64,000 nt of DNA. Source: Candidatus Omnitrophota bacterium (GTDB lineage: Bacteria > Omnitrophota > Gorgyraeia > Zapsychrales > Fredricksoniimonadaceae). Position numbers and translations under genes: made by a program. Below, one piece after another: positions 39,072-51,965 of this stretch. The notes under the pieces are model-generated. The model saw only the letters and a list, made by a program, of their open reading frames with translations. It was not told the DNA's origin and did no database searches. The stretch is taken from the NCBI GenBank assembly GCA_016201795.1, contig JACQCF010000010.1, positions 15,095 through 79,094 on the forward strand, given 5' to 3'. The stretch's first letter is position 1. Each line of letters begins with the position of its first letter.

Positions 39072-40160
39072 ATGAAAATTAAAGTGAATAAAGAGGAACT
39101 GTTGGGTGCTATTGGGGTGGTGGGTAATATCGTCTCTGGCAGAGCGACCTTACCTATATTATCGAATATGATGCTGGAGACTAAAGATGATACATTAAAG
39201 CTTAACACTACAGATCTGGATATCGGTATATCCTGTGAATTGCCTGTGCATGTTTATGAACAGGGCGCCATTACGGTGCCGGCCAAAAAATTCAGCGATA
39301 TGATCCGTGAGCTGCCGCCCGGGGAGGTGGTAGTGGTGGTGAGAAAAAACAATCAGGTGGAAATCGAAGGAGCCAATTGCCGTTTTAAGCTCAACGGCCT
39401 TCCCAAAGAAGAATTCCCCAAATTTCCGGAATTCAAAGACAAGAATGCGGTTTTGATACAACAAAATGATTTAAAAGAAATGATTCGTTTAACCTCGTTT
39501 GCGGTGTCCTATGAAGAATCACGGTATGTGTTAAACGGGATTTTACTGGAAATATCAGGTCATGTGGCGCGTATGGTCGCCACCGATGGCCGGCGTTTGG
39601 CGAAGATGGAAAAAAAATTGGTGCAAGCCTCCACGAAAGATTTAAGCATGATTATTCCCATTAAAGCCATTAGTGAAATCAACCGCAATCTTAAAGACAG
39701 TGGCCAGTGTTCGATCATTGATGGGGTCAATCAGGTGCTGTTTAATATCGACGGAATTTTGATTGCCACCCGCATCATCGAAGGGGAATTCCCCAATTAT
39801 AAACAGGTGATCCCTAAAGAGGTGGCCGCCAGGACCAAAGTCAAAACGGCAGACTTATTGGCGGCTATTCGCCGGGCCAATCTTTTATCGACACCGGATT
39901 TTCAGGCCATCAAATTTGAATTATTTAAAGAGAAAATGGTCATTTCCAAATCTACCCCCGACGTGGGCGAGTCCCGCGAGGAAGTGGCGGTCGAATACGG
40001 CCACCAGGAACTCATGGTCGGCTTTAATCCGCAGTTTTTCATTGACGTGCTTAAAAATTTAAACCAAGAGCATATCGAACTGGAATTTTTAGGACCGGAT
40101 AAGCCCTGCGTGCTCAGGCTCCACGATTACCTGTACCTGGCCCTGCCAATGAGATTGTGA
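39072..40160 (+). CDS. dnaN: DNA polymerase III beta clamp
   Basis: LPILSN, VATDGRRLA, GEFPNY, terminal LPMRL. Confidence 0.96.
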   Translation: MKIKVNKEELLGAIGVVGNIVSGRATLPILSNMMLETKDDTLKLNTTDLDIGISCELPVHVYEQGAITVPAKKFSDMIRELPPGEVVVVVRKNNQVEIEGANCRFKLNGLPKEEFPKFPEFKDKNAVLIQQNDLKEMIRLTSFAVSYEESRYVLNGILLEISGHVARMVATDGRRLAKMEKKLVQASTKDLSMIIPIKAISEINRNLKDSGQCSIIDGVNQVLFNIDGILIATRIIEGEFPNYKQVIPKEVAARTKVKTADLLAAIRRANLLSTPDFQAIKFELFKEKMVISKSTPDVGESREEVAVEYGHQELMVGFNPQFFIDVLKNLNQEHIELEFLGPDKPCVLRLHDYLYLALPMRL

Positions 40161-40165
40161 GAGTC

Positions 40166-40438
40166 ATGAATACAATCAAAAATATCATCCCCGTCGTCAT
40201 CGGTGAGATGGCCAAAAAAAGGCCGCAGGAAATAGACTTGAGCCAGCTCTGGGGGAGGATTGCCGGCAGCCCTAAAGGCAGCCGCGCCGCACAGATGAAA
40301 GAGGGACGCCTGACGGTTTTAGTGGATTCTTCCGCCCGCAAAATGCAGCTGTTTCGCAAGAAAGACCAACTGCTGGAGCAATTGCAAAACAAAATACCGA
40401 CGATCAAAACCATTTATTTTAAAGTAGGGAGTGTATAG
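40166..40438 (+). CDS. DUF721/DciA family protein
   Basis: W...G...GRLTVLVDSSA...IKTIYFKVG; located between dnaN and gyrB. Confidence 0.75.
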   Translation: MNTIKNIIPVVIGEMAKKRPQEIDLSQLWGRIAGSPKGSRAAQMKEGRLTVLVDSSARKMQLFRKKDQLLEQLQNKIPTIKTIYFKVGSV

Positions 40439-40449
40439 CTAAAAACTAG

Positions 40450-42993
<2,544 letters not shown>

Positions 42994-42994
42994 C

Positions 42995-43021
42995 GTAGGG
43001 GCGAGGTGACCTCGCCCGTAC
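42995..43021. repeat. GTAG-type REP hairpin (related composite at 28393-28456)
   Basis: GTAGGGGCGAGGTGACCTCGCCCGTAC. Confidence 0.65.
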
Positions 43022-43040
43022 ACAGAAAGGTTCAGCCGTT

Positions 43041-45500
43041 ATGATGCGTGACGCCAACAAGAAAGAAAGAATCATTCCCGTCTATATCGAAGAGGAGATG
43101 AAAAATTCTTACCTGTCGTATTCGATGTCGGTCATCGTCGGGCGCGCTTTGCCTGATGTGCGCGACGGGCTTAAACCCGTGCACCGGCGCATTTTGTATG
43201 CGATGAAAGAGCTTAATCTCGAGCACAACAAGCCCTATAAGAAAAGCGCGCGCATCGTCGGTGAAGTTTTGGGTAAATACCATCCCCACGGCGATACGGC
43301 GGTCTATGACACCATGGTGCGTATGGTGCAGGATTTTTCCCTGCGCTATCCTTTGATCGACGGCCAGGGCAATTTCGGCTCCATCGACGGCGATGCGGCC
43401 GCGGCCATGCGTTATACGGAAGCGCGCATGGCCTCAATGTCCGAAAGCATGCTTTCGGACATTGACAAAGAAACCGTGGAGTTTTCGCCCAATTTCGACG
43501 GGTCGCTGACGGAGCCGGATATTTTGCCGGGCATGGTCCCTAACCTTTTGGTCAACGGTTCCTCAGGGATTGCGGTGGGCATGGCCACCAATATGGCGCC
43601 GCATAATTTAAATGAAATCATCGATGGCCTCATGGTTTTGCTGGATAATCCAGAAAGCACCATTAAAGACCTGATGAAATTAGTCAAGGGACCGGATTTC
43701 CCGACGGGCGGCATCATTTGCGGCCGTGAGGGCATTGTGGATGCTTACAACAGCGGCCGCGGCAAAGTCATTATCCGCGCCAGAGCTTCCATCGAGCAAC
43801 AAAAAGGCAACAGGGAAGCGATCATCATCACGGAAGTTCCTTATCAGGTCAACAAAGCCAATTTGATTTTGGCCATCGCCGAGTTGGTGCAAAACAAACA
43901 GATCGATGGCATTACCGATATCCGCGATGAATCGGATAAAGACGGCATCCGGGTGGTCATTGAACTGCGCCGGGACATTGATGCCAACATTGTCTTAAAT
44001 TATCTTTATAAGCATACGCAGATGGAGGTGACTTTTGGCATTATCAATCTGGCGCTGGTCAATAAATCCCCGCGCGTGCTTAACCTCAAGCAGCTGATGC
44101 AGCATTATATCGGTCATCGGCGCGCGGTGATTCGTCGCCGCACCCAATTTGATTTAGACAAAGCCCTGCGACGGGCGCACATTTTAGAAGGGTTTAAAAC
44201 CGCCTTTAAGCATCTGGATGAAATGATCAAAACCATCCGCGCTTCCAAAACCACCAGCGACGCCAAAGAAGCGCTCATGAAGAAATTCGATTTGACCGAC
44301 GTGCAGGCGCAGGCGATTCTGGAAATGCAGCTGCAGCGTTTGGCCGCCCTGGAGCGCGACAAAATAGAGGCCGAATACCAGCAATTGCTCAAAGATATCG
44401 ACAATTACCGCGCGATTTTGGCCTCCGACAAGCGCGTCGACGACATCATCCGGGAAGAATTAGGGGAGCTCAAAAAGAAATATGCCGATGAGCGCCGCAC
44501 CGAAATCGCGGCCAAGGCCGAGGATATCCAAATCGAGGATTTGATTGCCGACGAGGACATGGCGATCACCATCAGCAATAAAGGCTATATCAAACGCTTA
44601 AGTGTCGATGCGTACCATTCGCAAAAACGCGGCGGCAAAGGCGTCACGGCCATGACCACTTCCGAGGAGGATTTTGTCGAGCGGCTGTTTGTGGCCTCCT
44701 CGAAAGATTATCTTTTGATTTTTTCCAATCAAGGAACTATCCGGTGGCTGAAAGTGTATGAAATTCCCGCGGCCTCTCGTACGGCCAGGGGCAAGGCCAT
44801 TGTAAATCTATTGTCGTTTAAACCCGAGGAGCAAATCTCCGCCATCGTGGCCGTGAAAGAATTCCGTGAAGATCAATTTCTGGTGTTTGCCACCAAACGG
44901 GGGCTGGTGAAAAAAACCAAGCTTTCCGCGTACAACAACCCCCGCAAAGGAGGCATCGTCGGCATTGGCCTGGAAAAAGACGACGAGCTCATTGGGGTGT
45001 CTTTAAGCAATGGCAAAGAAGAGGTGTTGTTAGCCACCCGTCGAGGCATTGCTTTGCGTTTTGACGAGAAGCAATTGCGTGACATGGGCCGCTCGGCTAA
45101 AGGCGTGCACGGGATCAATTTGCAAAAGGGCGATTACGTCGTCGGAATGCTGGTGTTTGCACCGGACGTGGATAAAACAGGATCGAAATTACTGACCGTT
45201 TGCGAATTAGGCTATGCCAAACGCTCGGATTTTACCGATTACAGAACACAATCCAGAGGCGGCAAAGGCATTATCAATGTGAAGCTGACCGATAAAAACG
45301 GTCCGGTGGTCGCTGTTTTGTCTGTGACGGATGGTGACCAAATCATGGTGGTGACTAAAAAAGGGATGGTGGTGCGTTCATCCCCGGCGGAAATTCGCGA
45401 AACCGGCCGCAGCGCCGTGGGAGTGCGGTTGATTTCTTTAGAGAGCGGCGATAAACTTTCCTCGATTGCGCACGTCGTCGGGCATGAGGTGGAAGAATAA
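43041..45500 (+). CDS. gyrA: DNA gyrase subunit A
   Basis: [22 protein letters not shown], GyrA-box QKRGGKG. Confidence 0.98.
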   Translation: MMRDANKKERIIPVYIEEEMKNSYLSYSMSVIVGRALPDVRDGLKPVHRRILYAMKELNLEHNKPYKKSARIVGEVLGKYHPHGDTAVYDTMVRMVQDFSLRYPLIDGQGNFGSIDGDAAAAMRYTEARMASMSESMLSDIDKETVEFSPNFDGSLTEPDILPGMVPNLLVNGSSGIAVGMATNMAPHNLNEIIDGLMVLLDNPESTIKDLMKLVKGPDFPTGGIICGREGIVDAYNSGRGKVIIRARASIEQQKGNREAIIITEVPYQVNKANLILAIAELVQNKQIDGITDIRDESDKDGIRVVIELRRDIDANIVLNYLYKHTQMEVTFGIINLALVNKSPRVLNLKQLMQHYIGHRRAVIRRRTQFDLDKALRRAHILEGFKTAFKHLDEMIKTIRASKTTSDAKEALMKKFDLTDVQAQAILEMQLQRLAALERDKIEAEYQQLLKDIDNYRAILASDKRVDDIIREELGELKKKYADERRTEIAAKAEDIQIEDLIADEDMAITISNKGYIKRLSVDAYHSQKRGGKGVTAMTTSEEDFVERLFVASSKDYLLIFSNQGTIRWLKVYEIPAASRTARGKAIVNLLSFKPEEQISAIVAVKEFREDQFLVFATKRGLVKKTKLSAYNNPRKGGIVGIGLEKDDELIGVSLSNGKEEVLLATRRGIALRFDEKQLRDMGRSAKGVHGINLQKGDYVVGMLVFAPDVDKTGSKLLTVCELGYAKRSDFTDYRTQSRGGKGIINVKLTDKNGPVVAVLSVTDGDQIMVVTKKGMVVRSSPAEIRETGRSAVGVRLISLESGDKLSSIAHVVGHEVEE

Positions 45501-45565
45501 ACGAACCCACGAAGTCAAAACCTCTTGACGGTAAAAGTCTGCGGGATATAATAAACATTTTCTTC

Positions 45566-45642
45566 GACCCTGTCGTCTAGCCCGGTCAGGACAAGAGCTT
45601 TTCAAGCTCTCGGCACGGGTTCAAATCCCGTCAGGGTCACCA
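45566..45642 (+). tRNA. tRNA-Glu(TTC)
   Basis: GACCCTG acceptor, AGAGC-TTTTCAA-GCTCT anticodon arm, CCA; TTGACG/TATAAT promoter at 45525-45552. Confidence 0.93.
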
Positions 45643-45674
45643 CCATTGTTGAATTTTTAGTTGAGGAGGGCTTT

Positions 45675-46322
45675 ATGTTAACCATCTACGGTTCTGATTT
45701 ATCCGGTCCCTGCAACAAAGTGCGATTTGTGGCCAATGATTTGGGCTTCAATTACGAATACCGCCGCATGAACCTGCGCGACGGCGAACAGAAACAGGAG
45801 TGGTTTTTGAAGATCAACCCCATCGGTAAGGTGCCGGCGATCGACGATAACGGCTTCTGTTTGTTTGAAAGCGGGGCGATCTGTAAATATATGTGCGATC
45901 AAAAGGGCTCAAGTCTTTATCCGAAAGATCTCAAACAAAGAGCCACCGTCGAGCAGTGGACGGATTTCGTTAATTTGCACATGGCGGCCAATATGATGAA
46001 AGTGGTCTATAACCGCGTCTTTGCGCCCCTGCGCCATTTGCCGGTCAACCAGGAATCCATCGACGAAGGGCTTAAATTTTTAGCACAGTATTTTCCGGTG
46101 ATCGAAGCACGGTTGGCCAAGAATAAATTTATCGTCGGCAATGCATTAACCCTGGCGGATATGACGCTTTTGGCTGCTTTGGATCCGGTGGAAATGGCTC
46201 AGGTTGGCTTAGAGAAATATCCTAAACTCACCGCCTGGCGTCAAGGTTTAAAATCGCAAACGTTTTACACCCAATGCCACAAGGAATACGGCGAAAGTTT
46301 AAAACAAGCCGCGCCTCGATGA
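45675..46322 (+). CDS. Glutathione S-transferase family protein
   Basis: INPIGKVPAI, ESGAI, LTLAD. Confidence 0.92.
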   Translation: MLTIYGSDLSGPCNKVRFVANDLGFNYEYRRMNLRDGEQKQEWFLKINPIGKVPAIDDNGFCLFESGAICKYMCDQKGSSLYPKDLKQRATVEQWTDFVNLHMAANMMKVVYNRVFAPLRHLPVNQESIDEGLKFLAQYFPVIEARLAKNKFIVGNALTLADMTLLAALDPVEMAQVGLEKYPKLTAWRQGLKSQTFYTQCHKEYGESLKQAAPR

Positions 46323-47113
46323 AGGTTGCGCTCATTCAGTTTAATGCCGGGGCTAATAAAAGTGATAATATCCGACGGGCCCTGGAGTTTGTGAAGGAGG
46401 CCGCCGCGCATCAGGCCCAGTGGATTCTTCTGCCGGAGATTTTTAACTTCCGCGGCGATATCCGCCGCAAAGAAGTCCTGCGGCAAATCCGCGAACCTAT
46501 TCCAGGCCCGACGACTCAAACGTTTTTGGATTTTGCATGCCACCACCACGTGGATCTCTTATTGGGCTCACTGCTAGAACAAGCCCCGGGGGATAAAGCG
46601 TATAATACGTCGGTCGCCATCAGCGGCTCCTTGGGAAAGATGGTCAAATATCGCAAAATTCACTTATTCGACGCTATCCTCGGTGATAAGATCATACGCG
46701 AGTCGGATTTTCTGGTTAAAGGAGGCCGGCTGCAAACAGTTTCCGTCGGTGAATTTCGGGCGGCTTTAAGCGTCTGTTACGATTTAAGATTTCCTGATCT
46801 TTATCAAAGCTATGCGCGGCAAAAAGCCACGGTGTTAAGTGTGCCGTCGTGTTTTACCAAACAAACCGGTCAAGCCCATTGGGAAAGTCTGTTAAGGGCC
46901 CGGGCGATTGAAAATTTATGTTACGTGTTGGCCCCCGCCCAGGTCGGCAAAGACGATCGGGGCATGGAAGCTTACGGCCACAGCATGATCATAAGCCCTT
47001 GGGGGGACGTGATGGCCTGCGGCTCGTCGGACAAAGAAGAAATCATTGATGGCGAAATTTCGCTCGAGGCTGTTCAAGAAGCGCGGGCCAAATTGCCAGG
47101 AATTGTTAAATAG
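46319..47113 (+). CDS. Carbon-nitrogen hydrolase (Nit-like)
   Basis: LPE, YRKIHLFD, VCYDLRFP, RARAIEN. Confidence 0.93.
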   Translation: MKVALIQFNAGANKSDNIRRALEFVKEAAAHQAQWILLPEIFNFRGDIRRKEVLRQIREPIPGPTTQTFLDFACHHHVDLLLGSLLEQAPGDKAYNTSVAISGSLGKMVKYRKIHLFDAILGDKIIRESDFLVKGGRLQTVSVGEFRAALSVCYDLRFPDLYQSYARQKATVLSVPSCFTKQTGQAHWESLLRARAIENLCYVLAPAQVGKDDRGMEAYGHSMIISPWGDVMACGSSDKEEIIDGEISLEAVQEARAKLPGIVK

Positions 47114-47118
47114 ATAAA

Positions 47119-47217
47119 TTCCCCTCCCCTTGTGGGAGGGGCTAGGGGAGGGGATACAGATGAGAATTATCCTCAGTGTTACCCCCACCCTAACCCTCCC
47201 CACAAAGGGGGAGGGAA
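47119..47217. repeat. TTCCCCTCCCC-family double-hairpin repeat (also at 57707-57803, 60009-60105, 60432-60586)
   Basis: TTCCCCTCCCCTkGTGGGAGGGG..AGGGGAGGGG [spacer] CCCCC.CCCT..CCCTCCCCACAAGGGGGAGGGAA. Confidence 0.9.
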
Positions 47218-47234
47218 TAAATCAAGGAATGAGT

Positions 47235-48215
47235 ATGCCAAAGCGTATTAAAGTCGCAGTGACTGGTGCCGCCGGACACATCGGCTATGCTTTGGTGTTT
47301 CGCATAGCCGCCAGTGAAATGTTTGGGCCAGACACGGCCATTGACTTAAAACTTTTGGAATTGGAAAAAGCTTTGCCGGTTTTGGGTGGGGTGGCGATGG
47401 AGCTGGAGGACTGCGCGTTTCCTTTGCTAAAGTCGGTGGCCATAACCGCTGATGCCACCCTAGCTTTTAAAGAGGCGGATTGGGCTTTGCTTATCGGCAG
47501 CGTGCCGCGCAAAGAGGGCATGGAACGCGGCGATCTTTTGAAAATCAACGGGGGAGTTTTCATCGAACAGGGCAAGGCGCTCTCGAAACATGCCAAAGGG
47601 ACTTGCAAAATCCTGGTGGTGGGCAACCCCTGCAACACCAATGCTTTTATCGCTAAAAGTGTTTGCCAGAATATTCCAGCCAGAAACTTTTTTGCCATGA
47701 CCATGCTGGACCACCACCGCGCCACGGCGCAACTGGCGCAAAAAGCCGGAGTTTCCGTCGCTGATGTCAAAAGAGTGGCCATTTGGGGCAACCATTCCGC
47801 CACCTTGTATCCGGATTTTTATAATGCCACGATAGGCGGCCGTCCGGTTGCGGAGGTCATCAAGGATTTGAATTGGTTGCAGACGACATTTATGGAAGGC
47901 GTACAGAAGCGCGGGGCCGCCGTCCTCAAGGCGCGTGGGCTTTCATCAGCCGCCTCGGCCGCTCATGCGATTATTGATACCGTGCGCGCCATCAGCAGGC
48001 CTACCCCGGCAGGAGAGACTTTTTCGGCAGCCGTTTCTTCCGATGGCAGTTATGATATTCCCGAAGGCGTCATGTTTGGTTTTCCTTTGCAAAGCGATGG
48101 CCAGAACTGGAAAATTGCGGACGGCTTTAAGCACAATGATTTTGCCAAAGCCAGGATGAAAGCGACCCTGGATGAGCTTTTAAGCGAACAAGAGGCGGTC
48201 AAAATTTATCTATAG
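47235..48215 (+). CDS. mdh: Malate dehydrogenase
   Basis: [31 protein letters not shown]. Confidence 0.95.
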   Translation: MPKRIKVAVTGAAGHIGYALVFRIAASEMFGPDTAIDLKLLELEKALPVLGGVAMELEDCAFPLLKSVAITADATLAFKEADWALLIGSVPRKEGMERGDLLKINGGVFIEQGKALSKHAKGTCKILVVGNPCNTNAFIAKSVCQNIPARNFFAMTMLDHHRATAQLAQKAGVSVADVKRVAIWGNHSATLYPDFYNATIGGRPVAEVIKDLNWLQTTFMEGVQKRGAAVLKARGLSSAASAAHAIIDTVRAISRPTPAGETFSAAVSSDGSYDIPEGVMFGFPLQSDGQNWKIADGFKHNDFAKARMKATLDELLSEQEAVKIYL

Positions 48216-48276
48216 TCATTTGCATTTGGATAATTTAACGGGTATACTTAACCTATACTTATTTTTGGAGGACTAG

Positions 48277-49245
48277 ATGGACTACTTTTACCGAAGGATT
48301 TTGATAGGGGGGCTGGTGTGTATCACCGCAGCCACTGTATCTGGCTGTGATCTATTCTCTACTGGTAAAAAAACAGCTAAGAAGCCTTCCTCAGATGCCA
48401 CCAGTACAATCGTGACAACTCCAAGCTCCAATGAAACCGCAGACAGTCAGGGGTCCTTACCTGCCAATGTCCTTGCTCGCGTCGGCAATTGGACATTGAC
48501 CCTGGAGGAATTTAATCAACGGCTTAAACTGCTTAAACAAGGATTTCCGGATTTTAATGAAAACGACCCCCAAGCCAAAGCCGCCGTGCTCAATGAGCTG
48601 ATACGCCAGCAATTGTTGGTTAAAGATGCCGAGAATTCCGATATTGCTGATAAAAAAGATATTAAAGACGCGGTGGAAGATTTCCGTCGCACGCTGCTGG
48701 TGCGGGAGCTGGCCAATCGTATCACCAAAGATTTGAAAGTCACCGAAGAAGAAGCCCAAAAATATTATGATCAGAACAAAGACAAAGACCCTGTCTTGAT
48801 GGAACCTCTTCGATGGAAGGTGCGCGAGATAGTGGTTGACGATGAGGCCGCGGCCAAGAATATCTTAGTCCAACTATTGCAGGGCGCTGATTTTGCCGAA
48901 ACCGCCAAAGCGCAATCTAAAGGTAAAACTGCCTCCCAAGGGGGAGCTTTACCGGAGTTTACCAAAGCGCCTTTTGAAGCTATGCAAAAAGCCATTGCTT
49001 CAGTGGATGCCGGCGGTACCAGCGGCGTATTTAAAGCTCCTGACGGGTTTTATATTGTGCGCGTGGAGGAGAAAAAAGGCGGCAGCCCCAAAGTTTTTGG
49101 GGGTATTAAAGGGGATTTAATCATAGGACTGACGCAGCTCAAACAGCAGAGCGTCCTATTAGAGTACATCGATAAGTTAGCCCAAAAAACCAAAGTGGAA
49201 ATTAACAGACAGCTCTGGGGGGCCGTCGATCACAAAGGGCCCTAA
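48277..49245 (+). CDS. PpiC/PrsA-like peptidyl-prolyl isomerase lipoprotein
   Basis: Lipobox VSGC; GADFAETAKAQS...GGAL parvulin motif. Confidence 0.8.
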   Translation: MDYFYRRILIGGLVCITAATVSGCDLFSTGKKTAKKPSSDATSTIVTTPSSNETADSQGSLPANVLARVGNWTLTLEEFNQRLKLLKQGFPDFNENDPQAKAAVLNELIRQQLLVKDAENSDIADKKDIKDAVEDFRRTLLVRELANRITKDLKVTEEEAQKYYDQNKDKDPVLMEPLRWKVREIVVDDEAAAKNILVQLLQGADFAETAKAQSKGKTASQGGALPEFTKAPFEAMQKAIASVDAGGTSGVFKAPDGFYIVRVEEKKGGSPKVFGGIKGDLIIGLTQLKQQSVLLEYIDKLAQKTKVEINRQLWGAVDHKGP

Positions 49246-49259
49246 GAGGAGGCAAGCTC

Positions 49260-50099
49260 ATGGCTATGGAAAATAAAAAACAGATCTTTTTGATCATATT
49301 TGCGGTGGTCGCCGGTATTGCGGCGACGCTATTAACCAGCAATTATGTGATCAGAACAATAGAACAGAAGACGCAGGAACTTTCTGACCAGTATGACCAA
49401 AAGCAAAAACAGATGGCGGCGGAATTGCAGCAGCAAAGCCAGCAGCAGGTGGCTGCTTTGCGTGAGGAGATTGGCCGCATCAGCCAGCAGCAGCAGGAGA
49501 CTTTGCAAAAAGCCAACGCCGCGATGCAGGCTGGGCAGCAGGGCGCGGCCATGGGGAAGCAAAGAGCCAGACGCGCCACTACCCTGTTAACCATGAAAAC
49601 ACCTGCCGGCAAACGCGCGGTGACGGTGATGATTGATTCTTTAGCCGCGGTGGGCGGGCTTTTAAACCCGGGCGATTTCGTGGATGTGATGGCGCATTTG
49701 AACGTGCCTGAAGAAGCAAGCTCTGATAAGAAAAAGACTCTTACGGCGATGGTTTTTCAAGATTTGCAGGTGCTGGCGATCAACACTAATTTGGAGGATG
49801 CCGGGGCTTACGATGAGCAGCAGGCTGCGGGGTCTTTAAAGGTAACCTTTGCGGTGGACCCGCAAGAAGCGGGGCTTTTGGCTTTTGCCGATAAAAACGG
49901 CAAGCTGGAGCTGGCTCTGCGGGCTACCAATGAAAACGATAAACAGATGGTCAAGGCCTCCACCTGGAAGACGCTGGCGGATTATGTGCTGCAGAATCAG
50001 GGTTCCGCCATCGATGTCCCCGAAGAAGGAATGCCCAAAACCGGAACAAAAGAAGGAAAGCCCTACATTCAGATTTTTAGAGGAGGTAAGGAGCTCTAA
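49260..50099 (+). CDS. cpaB: Flp pilus assembly protein CpaB/RcpC
   Basis: TM plus coiled coil; GKRAVTV...VGGLLNPGDFVDV...VLA...LALR. Confidence 0.88.
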   Translation: MAMENKKQIFLIIFAVVAGIAATLLTSNYVIRTIEQKTQELSDQYDQKQKQMAAELQQQSQQQVAALREEIGRISQQQQETLQKANAAMQAGQQGAAMGKQRARRATTLLTMKTPAGKRAVTVMIDSLAAVGGLLNPGDFVDVMAHLNVPEEASSDKKKTLTAMVFQDLQVLAINTNLEDAGAYDEQQAAGSLKVTFAVDPQEAGLLAFADKNGKLELALRATNENDKQMVKASTWKTLADYVLQNQGSAIDVPEEGMPKTGTKEGKPYIQIFRGGKEL

Positions 50100-50102
50100 T
50101 CC

Positions 50103-51878
50103 ATGAGAATATTTCTGTTAAAAATTTTAGTGGTGGGGGCCATGACAGCCTTTTTTGCCGGCACGGCCTCGTCGGATGAAGGGGATAATGCCCCCAAGGC
50201 CCCGGAGGTGATTGAACTTGTCACCGGGGATGTGCAGACGGTTGAAACTAAAAATTTAAGCAGGGTTTCGGTGGCCAACCCGGACGTTGCGGATATTTCC
50301 GATGCGCAGCCCAATAAAGTACTTGTCGTCGGCAAAAAGGCGGGACAGACGGAGGTGTCTATCTGGGATGACAACGGCAAGAAGAGCGTCATCGTGCGGG
50401 TGGCCGGCGAAAATCTTGACTCCCTTAAAACCCGCCTGGAGGCGATTATCAATAAAACCGGTATCAAAGGAATATCTCTGGATAAAAGTGCGTATGAAGG
50501 CAAAGTCGTTTTATCAGGCTCCGTTTATAAAGAGGACAAGGACGTTCTGGATAAAGTGACGGATCCTTTTAGCGACAGGATCATCAATTTAGTTAAAAAA
50601 GAAGTCAGTGAAGATTTGGTGCAGATTGATATGCAGGTCACCGAATTGAGCACGACATTAACCAAAAGTATTGGTATAGACTGGAACAGAGGGGGCGCCA
50701 GTGGCGCCACGACGGGTGCGACGGGCGTCAGTACTACTAGCGGTACGCCGTTTTTGAATTTGGATTACAAGGAAACATTACCGAGCACTAACGGTAAACC
50801 GGAAGATTTCTTTAAAATAGGTGATTTTAACCGTACCAGTTCGATTTTAGCCACCGTCAATGCCCTGCTGCAAGAAGGCAAAGGCCGTATTCTTTCCAAA
50901 CCGCGTCTGGTGGTTTTAAGCGGCAAGGAAGCCAGCTTCTTAGTCGGCGGTGAAATCCCTGTTGTCACGACAACGACCACTGGCGGCGGTGCCGGAACGA
51001 CAACGTCCAATGTGTCGTTTAAACAATACGGGGTGAATATGACGATCACCCCGACGGTGCGCGATGGCAAAATCGATATTCTGCTCAATGTACAAATCAG
51101 CGACATTGACCGCGCCAACAAGGTAGGCAATGATGTGGCTTTCATCACCCGTTCAGCGCAGACCCAATTATTTTTGGATAACAGTCAGACGATTGTGTTG
51201 GCGGGATTGATTAAACATGCCGACGGGCAAACCATCAAGGGGATTCCTTTTTTAAGTAAAATACCGGTGGTGGGGATGTTCTTTAGGACCCGTCAGAATG
51301 GAGCGCCTGATTCAGATACTGAGCTGGTGATTTCCTTAACACCGACGATCCTTAAATCCAAGAAGATGGCCACCGAGCAGGTGGTTTTGCCCACCAAACG
51401 CATGGATAGTTTCGCCAAGGAAATCGAAAGCAATTTTGAGAAAGAACCGCTTAATCCCCCCCTGGAGAAAAAGCTCCCCATGGCCCCGCCGGCCAAGGGC
51501 GCTTCCCAGCCGATGATGATAAAACCCATCTCCCAGGTGCCGGATATCATCGTGTCCTTGTATGTGCGTTCCATTCAGCTAAGAATTTCTCAGGCCGTTT
51601 CTTATCCGTATGAGGCCCTGCAGAAGAATTGGCAGGGCGCAGTGAAACTGCGGCTGCGTATTCTCAAAGACGGCACCCTGGCAGATGCGGATGTGCTGGA
51701 ATCTTCCGGCCATGATGTATTTGACAAAGACGCTCTTAATACCGCCAAAACCGCGGCTCCGTTCGCGCCGTTTCCCAAAGAGATGAAGGGGGAAGATATC
51801 GTGGTGACGGTCCCCATTGTTTATAACCAGCACACCGCTTCCCAAAATGATACACAAACCGTAGTCGCTGCTTACTAA
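50103..51878 (+). CDS. cpaC: CpaC/RcpA secretin with C-terminal TonB-like domain
   Basis: VANPDVADI, LSKPRLVVLSGKEASFLVGGEIP, IPFLSKIPVVG; then YP..A....QGAV...SSG...FDKDAL. Confidence 0.9.
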   Translation: MRIFLLKILVVGAMTAFFAGTASSDEGDNAPKAPEVIELVTGDVQTVETKNLSRVSVANPDVADISDAQPNKVLVVGKKAGQTEVSIWDDNGKKSVIVRVAGENLDSLKTRLEAIINKTGIKGISLDKSAYEGKVVLSGSVYKEDKDVLDKVTDPFSDRIINLVKKEVSEDLVQIDMQVTELSTTLTKSIGIDWNRGGASGATTGATGVSTTSGTPFLNLDYKETLPSTNGKPEDFFKIGDFNRTSSILATVNALLQEGKGRILSKPRLVVLSGKEASFLVGGEIPVVTTTTTGGGAGTTTSNVSFKQYGVNMTITPTVRDGKIDILLNVQISDIDRANKVGNDVAFITRSAQTQLFLDNSQTIVLAGLIKHADGQTIKGIPFLSKIPVVGMFFRTRQNGAPDSDTELVISLTPTILKSKKMATEQVVLPTKRMDSFAKEIESNFEKEPLNPPLEKKLPMAPPAKGASQPMMIKPISQVPDIIVSLYVRSIQLRISQAVSYPYEALQKNWQGAVKLRLRILKDGTLADADVLESSGHDVFDKDALNTAKTAAPFAPFPKEMKGEDIVVTVPIVYNQHTASQNDTQTVVAAY

Positions 51879-51965
51879 ACACAATCCGAACTACGTTTTT
51901 TAATTGACAAACCACCAATCATGGACTATACTCCATATTAGTTGAACTATTGTGGATGTATAAAC

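Noticed and set aside
47130-47234. N-terminal extension of mdh in the ORF track
   Set aside because: It is translation of the intergenic repeat; an SD-preceded ATG at 47235 fits better.
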